The notes under the pieces were generated by a model, which worked only from the letters and a program-made list of their open reading frames with translations, ran no database searches and had not been told where the DNA came from. DNA of 32,000 nucleotides. Source: Rubeoparvulum massiliense (lineage in GTDB: Bacteria; Bacillota; Bacilli; Rubeoparvulales; Rubeoparvulaceae). Of this stretch, positions 1-9,052 are shown piece after piece (positions within the stretch are counted from its first letter, which is position 1; the number at the start of each line of letters is the position of its first letter). The position numbers and the translations under genes were made by a program. The stretch lies in contig NZ_CVPE01000006.1 of NCBI RefSeq assembly GCF_001049895.1, positions 374,957 to 406,956 of the forward strand. Direction: 5' to 3'.

Positions 1-2
1 AT

Positions 3-209
3 TCTAATCCCGAACATCCCGACTATCTCACACGGTATGAAGGCATCTTAACGTACCAAGGGCAGAAACCTAAGCGCTTTACTCTCTTTCAACAGAACAA
101 GCAATCTTCAAGAAAACGCTGGCCCATGACTGTTTCCATTGATCAACATCGTGGCCTGGATCTACCTAAGTTTCACTTCTTACAAGGGGTAGGTGAAGAA
201 GATGAGTAA
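3..209 (+). CDS. 3' end of an unidentified upstream gene (partial, runs off the window)
   Basis: Frame 3 is open from base 3 to a TAA at 207-209 (...GLDLPKFHFLQGVGEEDE*). Its last 8 nt overlap the ATG at 202 of the next gene (ATGAGTAA), which suggests translational coupling. No family recognised. Confidence 0.35.
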   Translation, partial: SNPEHPDYLTRYEGILTYQGQKPKRFTLFQQNKQSSRKRWPMTVSIDQHRGLDLPKFHFLQGVGEEDE

Positions 210-867
210 AAATCGAATGGATGAGTTAATACAAGGACAATTGTATTCCATCGCCTTAGCTGCACCTTTATTGGAGCTGAACGACCTTACACCAGAAACA
301 GCCTATACGTGGGAACCAACGGATGAGAATGTGAAGCGATGCAAGCATATGCTAAAGTCAGGTTGGAGCATTGAAGATACAGCTACGCTCAAGGAAAGAT
401 TGGAATGGCTCTTGAAGGAGGGTCACAGTAGCTCTTTCATGGAGATTCGTTCCTTCCTCTCCACTTTGTCTGAAGCGGGGCAAGCGGCTTATATCGAGGC
501 ACTTCCGAAGAATACATCGCAACATATTGAATATGAAATCGTTCGAGCATACAATAATAGAATACCCTATGCTGGGATTGCCGCCTGGGATTTTGGACGA
601 TACTCCTACCTGTGTCAAGCAGGGATGCTGGCAGGTTATCTCTCAGAGGGTGAAGGCTGGGACCTCATGAAGAAAGTAGCCATTCTTGCGCAAAAATGTT
701 ATTCTAGTTGGGTTGACTATGGACTCGCCTATTTTGTTGGCCGTTTATTTTGGCTAGAAGAGCTCCATACCGACCACACCAATCGTCATTACACCATGAT
801 CCAAAGCTTATTAATCAATCCCCATAGCTTATGGAGAAGATTAGATTGGAATTTGGTGTTAGAATAA
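202..867 (+). CDS. DUF1266-like protein of unknown function
   Basis: ORF 193..867. ATG at 202 follows AGGTGA by about 5 nt; GTG at 193 is an alternative start. The block AAWDFGRYSYLCQAGMLAGYLSEGEGW...AYFVGRLFW matches my memory of the DUF1266 family. Confidence 0.7.
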   Translation: MSKNRMDELIQGQLYSIALAAPLLELNDLTPETAYTWEPTDENVKRCKHMLKSGWSIEDTATLKERLEWLLKEGHSSSFMEIRSFLSTLSEAGQAAYIEALPKNTSQHIEYEIVRAYNNRIPYAGIAAWDFGRYSYLCQAGMLAGYLSEGEGWDLMKKVAILAQKCYSSWVDYGLAYFVGRLFWLEELHTDHTNRHYTMIQSLLINPHSLWRRLDWNLVLE

Positions 868-913
868 GAGATGAGAATACTTAATTTCAACTAAAGAGGA
901 GCGAAACAATTCG

Positions 914-1849
914 ATGTCAAACAAAGTATTAGTTCTCGGTCACAAAAATCCAGATACCGATTCCATCTGCTCTACCATCGCCTATGCAGCTTTAAAGCAA
1001 AAGCTCGGTATGGATGCAGAGCCCGTTCGTCTTGGTGAGATCAGTAATGAAACACAATTTATCTTGGACTACTTCAAGGTTCCGCTGCCACGCCTTGTTG
1101 AGACTGTCAGCAATGAAGTGAAGCAGGTTATTCTTGTTGATCATAATGAACGACAACAGAGTGTGGACGACTTGGAGCAAGTACAGATCCTTGAAGTGGT
1201 GGATCATCACCGGATCGCCAATTTCGCTACCGCAGAGCCCTTATACTATCGTGCAGAGCCTGTAGGCTGTTCATCAACCATCGTGAACAAGCTGTATAAG
1301 GAGAAGCAAGTCCAAATCGATCCAGCCGTGGCAGGACTCATGCTCTCTGCGATTATTTCTGACACACTGTTATTCAAATCTCCAACATGCACACCTGAAG
1401 ATGAAGCAGCTGCTCGTGAGCTTGCTGCCATTGCCGGTGTAGATCTAGAGAGCTATGGCTTAGCCATGCTTAAAGCAGGGGCCAATGTAAGCAATAAGAC
1501 CATTGAGGAATTAATCAGTCTAGATTCCAAGGAATTCCCCATGGGAAATGCCAAGGTGGTCATCGCTCAAGTGAACACCGTTGACCCTGAAGAGCTTTTT
1601 GCTCGCCAAGGAGAGTTCGAAGCAGCTATTCAACAAGTGATCGCTGATCGCCAATTGGATCTGTTCGTCTATGTTGTAACGGATATTCTGAATAATGACT
1701 CCGTTGTTTTAGTACTGGGCGCAGCTGCTCAGAAAGTGGAAGTTGCATTCGGCGTTCAATTAGATAATCATAAGGCGGTCCTCAAAGGCGTTGTATCACG
1801 AAAAAAACAAATTGTCCCCAATTTAACCCATGCGTTTACAGATAAATAA
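914..1849 (+). CDS. ppaC: manganese-dependent inorganic pyrophosphatase (family II, DHH/DHHA2)
   Basis: 311 aa. N-terminus [14 protein letters not shown], then DHNE and VVDHHRI motifs typical of family II PPase. Confidence 0.95.
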   Translation: MSNKVLVLGHKNPDTDSICSTIAYAALKQKLGMDAEPVRLGEISNETQFILDYFKVPLPRLVETVSNEVKQVILVDHNERQQSVDDLEQVQILEVVDHHRIANFATAEPLYYRAEPVGCSSTIVNKLYKEKQVQIDPAVAGLMLSAIISDTLLFKSPTCTPEDEAAARELAAIAGVDLESYGLAMLKAGANVSNKTIEELISLDSKEFPMGNAKVVIAQVNTVDPEELFARQGEFEAAIQQVIADRQLDLFVYVVTDILNNDSVVLVLGAAAQKVEVAFGVQLDNHKAVLKGVVSRKKQIVPNLTHAFTDK

Positions 1850-1869
1850 GGAGTGGGGCCAGCTTACTT

Positions 1870-2652
1870 ATGTTAAGACATATCACACTACCCAATGCCC
1901 TGACCATTCAATATGAAGTCATCTTTCGGCGGCGTAAAACAGCAGAAATTCGCATTCAACCAGGAGGTACGGTGATGATCACCGTACCTCTACATACATC
2001 TGAAGCCGCCATTACAGAGTTATTCGTTAAGAAGCAACGCTGGATTACAGAAAGACTTGAAGCAATGAAGCAAAGAAGGGAAGCCATGAGCACTCACCAA
2101 TTTATGAGCGGCGAACCCTTTCTTTATCTTGGACAGGTCCTTACTCTTCAGGTTAACATTGATCCCGCTCATAAGCGGAAGAAACCCTATATCACGTTCA
2201 CCGCTGATCACCTTGTCAATGGTCAGTTTATTGTAACCCTTGGGGAAGAAGACCCCATTGCTATCCGTACAGCCTTAGAGCAATGGTATCGCAAGCAGAC
2301 ATTCGACATTGTGAATGAACGGATACAACACTATCAGCCCTTGATCCAACGTCAGCCCAGCCATGTACAAGTGAAGGAGCAGAAGCGGCGTTGGGGAAGC
2401 TGTTCCTCGGCAGGAAAACTGATGTTCAACTGGCGGATCAGCATGGCTCCTCTAGAAATTCTGGACTATATTGTGGTCCATGAAATGTGTCATCTCATCC
2501 ATATGAACCATTCCCACTACTTCTGGCAGCTTGTCGAGAGCATATTACCTGATTATCACCAACAGAATGACTGGTTGAAGGAGCAGGGATGGAGGTTGGA
2601 TTTGGAGCAGTACTTCATAATTTTTCGTGGAAGTAGTTCAATGATATACTAG
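1870..2652 (+). CDS. YgjP-like (DUF45/M48-type) metal-dependent hydrolase
   Basis: 260 aa. KRRWGSCS followed by an HExxH motif (VVHEMCHLIHMNHS), as in the YgjP/DUF45 family. Confidence 0.85.
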   Translation: MLRHITLPNALTIQYEVIFRRRKTAEIRIQPGGTVMITVPLHTSEAAITELFVKKQRWITERLEAMKQRREAMSTHQFMSGEPFLYLGQVLTLQVNIDPAHKRKKPYITFTADHLVNGQFIVTLGEEDPIAIRTALEQWYRKQTFDIVNERIQHYQPLIQRQPSHVQVKEQKRRWGSCSSAGKLMFNWRISMAPLEILDYIVVHEMCHLIHMNHSHYFWQLVESILPDYHQQNDWLKEQGWRLDLEQYFIIFRGSSSMIY

Positions 2653-2703
2653 ATCATATAGAATCTTACAAGTTCATATACATATGAAGCAGAGGAGTAG
2701 AAG

Positions 2704-3471
2704 ATGAATAGTATAAAACTAGTCTCATGGAATGTAAACGGAATTCGAGCCTGTGTGAAGAAAGGTTTTTTAGATTATTTTCAGGAAGTCAATGCAGATA
2801 TCTTCTGCATCCAAGAATCAAAACTACAAGCTGGGCAAATTGAGTTAGATTTGCAAGGCTATCATCAATATTGGAACTATGCGATTAAGAAGGGGTACTC
2901 TGGCACAGCTGTATTTACAAAGCATGAGCCGTTATCTGTTTCTTATGGAGTGGGAGAGGCTAATGAAGAACCTGAGGGTAGAATTATCACCCTAGAATTT
3001 GATCAGTTTTATCTTGTAAATGTTTATACGCCCAACTCACAACGGGATCTAGCCCGATTAAACTATCGTTTAGTATGGGAGGATAAACTACGAAGCTATC
3101 TTCAAGATCTAGATAACATAAAGCCCGTAATCTATTGTGGCGATCTCAATGTGGCCCATCAAGAAATTGATATCAAAAATGCCAAGGCCAATATTGGTAA
3201 CTCCGGCTTTACCTATGAAGAGCGGGAAAAAATGACCACATTGCTTAATTCAGGATTTGTTGATACCTTTCGTACCCTTTATCCTGAACGGACCGATGCC
3301 TATTCGTGGTGGTCCTATATGAATAAAGCAAGAGACCGGAATATCGGCTGGCGCATCGACTACTTCATTGTTTCACAGCGATTGAAAGAAAAAATCGACG
3401 AAGCAGAGATTCACGCCCATGTCCAAGGCAGTGACCATTGTCCAGTTCAACTAGAAATTGCATTATCATAG
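2704..3471 (+). CDS. exoA: exodeoxyribonuclease III (AP endonuclease)
   Basis: 255 aa. SWNVNGIRA, CIQESK, GDLNVAH and SDHCPV motifs of the ExoIII/Xth family. Good SD (GAGGAG) upstream. Confidence 0.95.
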   Translation: MNSIKLVSWNVNGIRACVKKGFLDYFQEVNADIFCIQESKLQAGQIELDLQGYHQYWNYAIKKGYSGTAVFTKHEPLSVSYGVGEANEEPEGRIITLEFDQFYLVNVYTPNSQRDLARLNYRLVWEDKLRSYLQDLDNIKPVIYCGDLNVAHQEIDIKNAKANIGNSGFTYEEREKMTTLLNSGFVDTFRTLYPERTDAYSWWSYMNKARDRNIGWRIDYFIVSQRLKEKIDEAEIHAHVQGSDHCPVQLEIALS

Positions 3472-3576
3472 GTGGTGAATATATATGATCAATCGTTGGA
3501 GAAGAGAGTTGAAACAAAAGGGAATGTAAATGAGTGTCTCTTCTCTTACAAACGTTAGATAGCTTCATGTTGGAAA

Positions 3577-3618
3577 AACAAATCTACCCTTTTACATAGG
3601 GCGGATTTGTTTTTTTTA
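3577..3618 (+). terminator. rho-independent terminator after exoA
   Basis: aaacaaatctaccc-ttttacata-gggcggatttgttt followed by a T8 run. Confidence 0.7.
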
Positions 3619-3830
3619 TTTCCCAAACTACTTTTTCCATAGCTCGTGAAAGACGATATTATGCTTAATCATCATCGTATATCCAATGATCAAAATTAGA
3701 ATTGAATGGGGTTGGATGGGTTGTTCATCCATCCATTAACCCAAAGGGAATTTTTCTATCAAAAGAATCCAACAATAGAGATGATACGGATTGCATTTGA
3801 TTACGCGAACTTTGGATAGGGGAGAAGGGC

Positions 3831-4430
3831 ATGGATACATTAAGGTCTTGGCTAGATCAATATGATTATTTCATATTGTTTTTCACCTTGATGACGGAGC
3901 TAATCATACTGACATTGCCTGGTGAATTACTAATGAGCTATGCAGGATTTCTTGTCTCAGAAGGGAAGCTAAATTGGTTAGTGAGTATTCTTGTAGCCGG
4001 ACTGGGCAGTTCCATTGGAATAACTTTTACATACCTCATTGGATTTCACTATGGAGCTCCTTTTTTAAAGAAGCATGGACAGCGAGTTCATTTGGGTCCA
4101 GATAAGTTTGAGAAAGCATCACAATGGTTTGAAAAGCAGGGCAATAAAGTCTTACTCATCACTTATTTTATTCCTGGCGTTCGACATATCAGCGGATACT
4201 TTTCTGGAATAACCAAAATTCCATATCGCATTTTTGCAATCTATGCATATACTGGAGCGCTAATCTGGACATCTACCTTTATCACAATAGGAAAGTTCTT
4301 AGGCCCGAAGTGGGAGGAGTTTCATGCTTCCGTCAAGAAATATCTACTCATCGGTGGTATCATAATAGCTATCATTATGACAGTAATTTACCTCATTAGA
4401 ACTCAAAAAGAGAAAATCCATAATCGATGA
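3831..4430 (+). CDS. DedA/SNARE-associated family membrane protein
   Basis: 199 aa, multi-TM. YFIPGVRHISGYFSGITKIPY block typical of DedA. SD GGGGAGAAGGG. Confidence 0.9.
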   Translation: MDTLRSWLDQYDYFILFFTLMTELIILTLPGELLMSYAGFLVSEGKLNWLVSILVAGLGSSIGITFTYLIGFHYGAPFLKKHGQRVHLGPDKFEKASQWFEKQGNKVLLITYFIPGVRHISGYFSGITKIPYRIFAIYAYTGALIWTSTFITIGKFLGPKWEEFHASVKKYLLIGGIIIAIIMTVIYLIRTQKEKIHNR

Positions 4431-4478
4431 TTTTACACGCTTTGATTAAAATATCATGTCATTGGATGGCGATCTTAA

Positions 4479-5323
4479 ATGAAAATCTCAAAAACAACAT
4501 TTAATAAGACCAGCTCATGGCTGAAAAGAAATGCTCGCTCATTGGAAGTGGCAAGATGGGAGTATATGTGCGAAGGCGCTTCTCGTGACAGAGTAATTCA
4601 TTATCTCTCTGCTTTTCAAAACAAGGATGGGGGATTTGGGCATGGTATCGAACCTGATTATTGGCTACCAGAATCATCGGCAATTGCCACGTGGACAGCA
4701 GGGAAGATCTTGCTGGAAATCGAGGCTGAAACCGACCGCATGCCCCATGGTGGCATTGGAGCGAAGAAGTTCAGGAGAACTGGATGTTTAATCCAGGTGT
4801 AGAGTTAGCAGCCTACCTTGTTCATTGGTCACCAGTTCATAGCGAAGCATCCCAACTCGGATGGAAAGCGATTGAAAAAGCAATTGATCATCTTATGAGT
4901 CAAAGTGAAATGGGTCAGCATGAAATCAATAATTATCAGCAGATGGTTAAGCTAATGAAATTACGTGAAAGTGAATTTAATCATCAGATCCAGTATTCCT
5001 TAAATCAAGTTTTAGAAAAAGTCATTCTACTTGCAGAGCAATGTGTTGATCGAGATGTTTCATCATGGTCAACAGGGTATAAAGCTTTACCTTTAGACTT
5101 TGTTGATAGCCCTGAAGACCCTCTTTGTAACCAATTCGGTCATCTAGTTGAACAAAACTTAGATTTCTATATTCATCAATTATCTCAAGAAGGAACTTGG
5201 GACATTTCATGGAGCTGGGACAGCTATCCAGAGGAATTTGCAGTAGCCAGAAGAGACTGGAAGGGGATACTTGCAGTAAGACGGTATAAAATACTCAAAT
5301 CATTTGGTTATTTAGAATATTGA
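4479..5323 (+). pseudogene. split or frameshifted gene for an alpha/alpha-toroid (terpenoid-cyclase/prenyltransferase-repeat-like) protein
   Basis: ORFs 4479..4802 (frame 3) and 4784..5323 (frame 2) overlap by 19 nt. Frame 2 is already open from 4730 (NRPHAPWWHWSEEVQENWMFNPG...). The first part carries QNKDGGFGHG and the second EGTWDISWSW, both QW-like repeat motifs. One indel near 4740-4790 would fuse them into a protein of about 280 aa. Confidence 0.5.
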
Positions 5324-5442
5324 ACCACTATACTATCAATTATCGATTATTGTACATAATGTTTATTATGGTGTAATATGGTTTCTAGGTATAGTATAAA
5401 GGAGAAGTAGAGAGCATTATAGATGCGAAAGGTGGCGTATAT

Positions 5443-5760
5443 ATGCCGATACTTTTGATTGGATTAAGCTTTATGGGCTTATTTGTTTTATCGATAGTGA
5501 TTTATCTTATAAAAACATGGAAAGTAGCAGGTCATCCAAATAGAGGCCTTAACATCGTTATTTTTGCTTTTAGCTTAATAGCTCTGATAATCTCTTTGAA
5601 GCTGTTTTGGAATATGGGTGTGTATGCAGATGAATATAATGCATCACTAATTCATGTGTCTGGTGGAATGTTTTGGCTTTATATGAATTGGCTTAGATTA
5701 GGTTTGCTTTTTATTATCTTTGTATTTTCAGGCGTACAATTAGTTAGCCGTTCAAGATAG
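5443..5760 (+). CDS. hypothetical small integral membrane protein
   Basis: 105 aa with three hydrophobic segments. SD AAAGGTGG 7 nt upstream of the ATG. No family recognised. Confidence 0.55.
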   Translation: MPILLIGLSFMGLFVLSIVIYLIKTWKVAGHPNRGLNIVIFAFSLIALIISLKLFWNMGVYADEYNASLIHVSGGMFWLYMNWLRLGLLFIIFVFSGVQLVSRSR

Positions 5761-5995
5761 CAATTGTTGTAGGAAACTTAGCGATACAGAGGTTACATTA
5801 TACCAATTATCAAGGGGAAAGTCGTAAGTTTGTGTAATTTGTAGGGTACCTGTCACGTTCAGTTCTATCTTGCTAAATGATTCTATTGGTTTACATTATA
5901 AAGGTCAATTTTTATATATCTACCAAAGATAATGGTAGACAACGAAAAAGTGCCCGACAGGGCTAATTTGTAATTTGCGAAGGAGTATGATTTAA

Positions 5996-6577
5996 ATGAA
6001 AAATGAAATATTACTATTACTCACAGACAAATGGTGCGATTGGGAAGCAAGCTATGCTGTTGCTGTTGCTAATGCCTTTTCTGATTATATGGTAAAAACA
6101 ATTTCAGTTGATACGAATCCTAAAATTTCAATGGGAAACCTATGTACAAGTGTTGATTATAGCATTACCAATTTTGATAATTATTCTAATGTTGCAATGG
6201 TTATTTTGCCGGGTGGACTTTCTTGGGAAGAAAATGATTATGACGAAATTGCAGAGTTTATAAAGAATATTACACAAAATCATATTCCTGTTGCCGCCAT
6301 TTGCGGTGCAACTACATTTTTATGTAAACACGGCTTTTTAGATACCGTTAAACATACAGGGGATAGCTTGGAATTATTCCAAAGTCAAAAAGGATATAAT
6401 GGACAGTCTCTGTATATTCCAGCCCAAGTTGTTGTTGATGGCGGCTTTATTACTGCCAACGAAACTGCTGCTGTGGAATTTGCGTATGAAATTTTCAAAA
6501 TTTTAAAATTGGATAGTGAAGATGAATTAGCACAGTGGTATGATAATTTTAACAATGGTGCAATACGGAGATTATGA
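5996..6577 (+). CDS. DJ-1/PfpI family protein (type 1 glutamine amidotransferase-like)
   Basis: 193 aa. VILPGG and the nucleophile-elbow AAICGATTFL are typical of DJ-1/PfpI. SD GAAGGAG. Confidence 0.85.
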   Translation: MKNEILLLLTDKWCDWEASYAVAVANAFSDYMVKTISVDTNPKISMGNLCTSVDYSITNFDNYSNVAMVILPGGLSWEENDYDEIAEFIKNITQNHIPVAAICGATTFLCKHGFLDTVKHTGDSLELFQSQKGYNGQSLYIPAQVVVDGGFITANETAAVEFAYEIFKILKLDSEDELAQWYDNFNNGAIRRL

Positions 6578-6783
6578 GCATTCGCTTGATATGAGCCTTT
6601 GCAAGGAGGTTAGAAATTTCTCGAAACACAGTGTATAAGTTCTTGGGAAGGCGCAGGAAGCTTGATCGATACCAAGAAGATCACCACATTGTCTATTGGT
6701 TAAGGGAACATCCTCGTATGTACAGTGCAACAGATAAGCTTTCCATGGGACAGCAAGCCCAAGTCGATTGGAATGAAGAATAA
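6577..6783 (+). mobile_element. decayed fragment of an IS21-family transposase (IstA N-terminal HTH to QVDW region)
   Basis: A single frame reads SIRLI*AFARRLEISRNTVYKFLGRRRKLDRYQEDHHIVYWLREHPRMYSATDKLSMGQQAQVDWNEE*. It resembles the IstA pattern SIReIAr.LgISRNTVrKYL ... KLDpY ... PGEqAQVDWGE. It has an in-frame TGA and is far too short, so large internal deletions are implied. Confidence 0.5.
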
Positions 6784-6802
6784 ATACATGAATTAGTTTA
6801 AA

Positions 6803-6831
6803 GTCCGTTCTCATTCGAGGGCGGACATTTT
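6803..6831 (+). terminator. hairpin plus T-run (terminator-like)
   Basis: gtccgttctc-attc-gagggcggac forms a 10 bp stem including two G-U pairs, followed by ATTTT. Confidence 0.45.
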
Positions 6832-6878
6832 CGCAATAGAGAATGAATGGGGACCGCATCGATTCTTTTTCTTTTTCT

Positions 6879-6986
<108 letters not shown>

Positions 6987-7553
6987 AAAAAATCAATAAT
7001 TTTCACATGATTACACGATCGGTTATTATTTATTAATTATATCATACTTTCTTTTCGGTTTCGAACTCATTATTTATCCTGGAGTTTCTTTTCCCATTCG
7101 CTTTTTATACGCCTATAATATTTTTTACCCTGAGTCTCTTGAATATAATTTTGTTTTTTTATCTACATACCATTTACATACATGTAAAACCAGATTATAA
7201 CTTTTTGCTATTTTTGATTGTAAAAACGGCCTGTTAAAATCACTTGTGTTGAATTTATGGATAATCCCTAATGCAATTTATCGTGTTCGTATATAAAATC
7301 GCTTAGAGATGATTTTGGAGCTTCTCAATTGAAATGGCGATTTTTACTATTATTTTGGGGTTGCACTAGCATCTTGACCTGTTTATTCTGATTGGGGTCC
7401 TACCAACAAAAAGCGCAAAACATACGCTAAGCAAATTTCGACACAAAGAATGTCGATGTTTCCTACGTTAAGGAAGTATCGGCTTTTATTGTTATTTGAA
7501 ATATAATGTTTGATCATTGCTGTGATCCTTATGCCATAAAAGCACCCTTTTAT

Positions 7554-8570
7554 TTAATAAAGTATCGAAGTATCGTCTGCCCCCCGAATCATGTCCGTAA
7601 TGACAACATAAATATTTGGTGGATATTCAGCTATCCTATGGGTGAGATATAAGTACCATTCCACCCCATAGGTGAGATAAACCCGGACTGGTAGTCCGTC
7701 ATTTTTGAGTTGTTTACAAAGTTCAGGACGAATACCATATAACATTTCTGCTTCCACATATGGATTTTGCAAATAACCACGCTCAATAATTTGTTTATAG
7801 ATAGCGTAATCATGGGAAGCAACTGAAACTTGGTGCCCAGCACTAACACATAGGGCTACTAATTCAAGATAACGTTGGTCCAATTCCTCCGAACGAGGAA
7901 TACAAATATCCGATGGTTCTTGGTATGCTCCCTTAACAATTCGGATTGCTCCAGGATAGCTAAGTAATTCCTTAATGTCTTCGATTGTTCGATGTAGATG
8001 GGCTTGAAGCGTAATCCCTACATTGGAATATTCCGAAGCAACTTTTTTGTATACGGTAAGTATTTGATCCGTTTTAGCTGATTCCTCCATACTAATCATG
8101 AGAGAAAGGTCATATGATTCAGCCTCTTTCGCCATTTCTAATAAGTTTTGATAAGCAAGATCCGGCTCAACAGATAAACCAATATGAGATAAATCAAAGG
8201 AAATACGAGAACTAATTTCATGTTTCTTACATTCTTTTATCAACGCTATAAATTCATCTTTGGCTCGAATACACTCCTCTATATTGGTTGTATTTTCTCC
8301 GATGAATTCCAAAGAAACACGATATCCCTTATGTATAAGTTGATCACCGAGGGATACCCCATTTTCCTTCGATTCACCAGTTACAAACCGTTTAGCTGCA
8401 CTTTGAAATAACGGATAAAGTTCAGGTGACTTTTGAACGTACTCCTTTATTTCTAGATTTCGAGCAATGGATTTCAATGCGTCTGCGAATTGTTTTTCAA
8501 CCGATGGATTATTCACTCTTTTCCTCACCCCACTGAATTTACTGAAATTTTTAAATTCCCCTGTTTTCAT
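7554..8570 (-). CDS. putB: proline dehydrogenase
   Basis: 338 aa. LEFIGENT, LMISMEES, TLQAHLHRT, IRIVKGAY, ASHD and EMLYGIRPE motifs, and C-terminal YLTHRIAEYPPN, all typical of PF01619 proline dehydrogenases. Confidence 0.88.
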   Translation of the reverse strand: MKTGEFKNFSKFSGVRKRVNNPSVEKQFADALKSIARNLEIKEYVQKSPELYPLFQSAAKRFVTGESKENGVSLGDQLIHKGYRVSLEFIGENTTNIEECIRAKDEFIALIKECKKHEISSRISFDLSHIGLSVEPDLAYQNLLEMAKEAESYDLSLMISMEESAKTDQILTVYKKVASEYSNVGITLQAHLHRTIEDIKELLSYPGAIRIVKGAYQEPSDICIPRSEELDQRYLELVALCVSAGHQVSVASHDYAIYKQIIERGYLQNPYVEAEMLYGIRPELCKQLKNDGLPVRVYLTYGVEWYLYLTHRIAEYPPNIYVVITDMIRGADDTSILY

Positions 8571-9052
8571 TCTATCTAACTTTCAAACTTATTGCCCAAC
8601 AATCGTGCCCGTTTGCGGTATATTCAACTTTCTACGCATGAGTTGCTTATAGAAAAGGACGGTAAACCAGAAAATAGCCCATTAAGGATATTACAATAAT
8701 AGTTGCTGAATAAATCAGTCTATTATTTGCCTTTCACCACTATTCCTGAATGTTTTCTTTTAAAGCCCTCATATCTCCCTGTTAACTCTTTAAAATAATT
8801 TGAATCAAATAATAAAACGTCTTTTTAGCTGGATGAAAGCAAACATCATAAAAGCATATAAAATGCTAAGTACATTTAATCGGATGAAATACTTCATATG
8901 TAAAGCTCCTATCAATTCAATTTTAGTGACATGTACACGAGAATTGCTCTATTTGGTTACTTTTCATATCTTAGTTAACATAATTATATTATGGTATAGT
9001 AAAAATCAACTCTTCGACTATGACACCTTCTTGGAACAAGCAACAACCACAA

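Noticed and set aside
6572-6859. 95-aa minus-strand ORF after the DJ-1 gene
   Set aside because: It is antisense to the region that reads as an IS21 transposase remnant on the plus strand. It has no SD and an odd composition.
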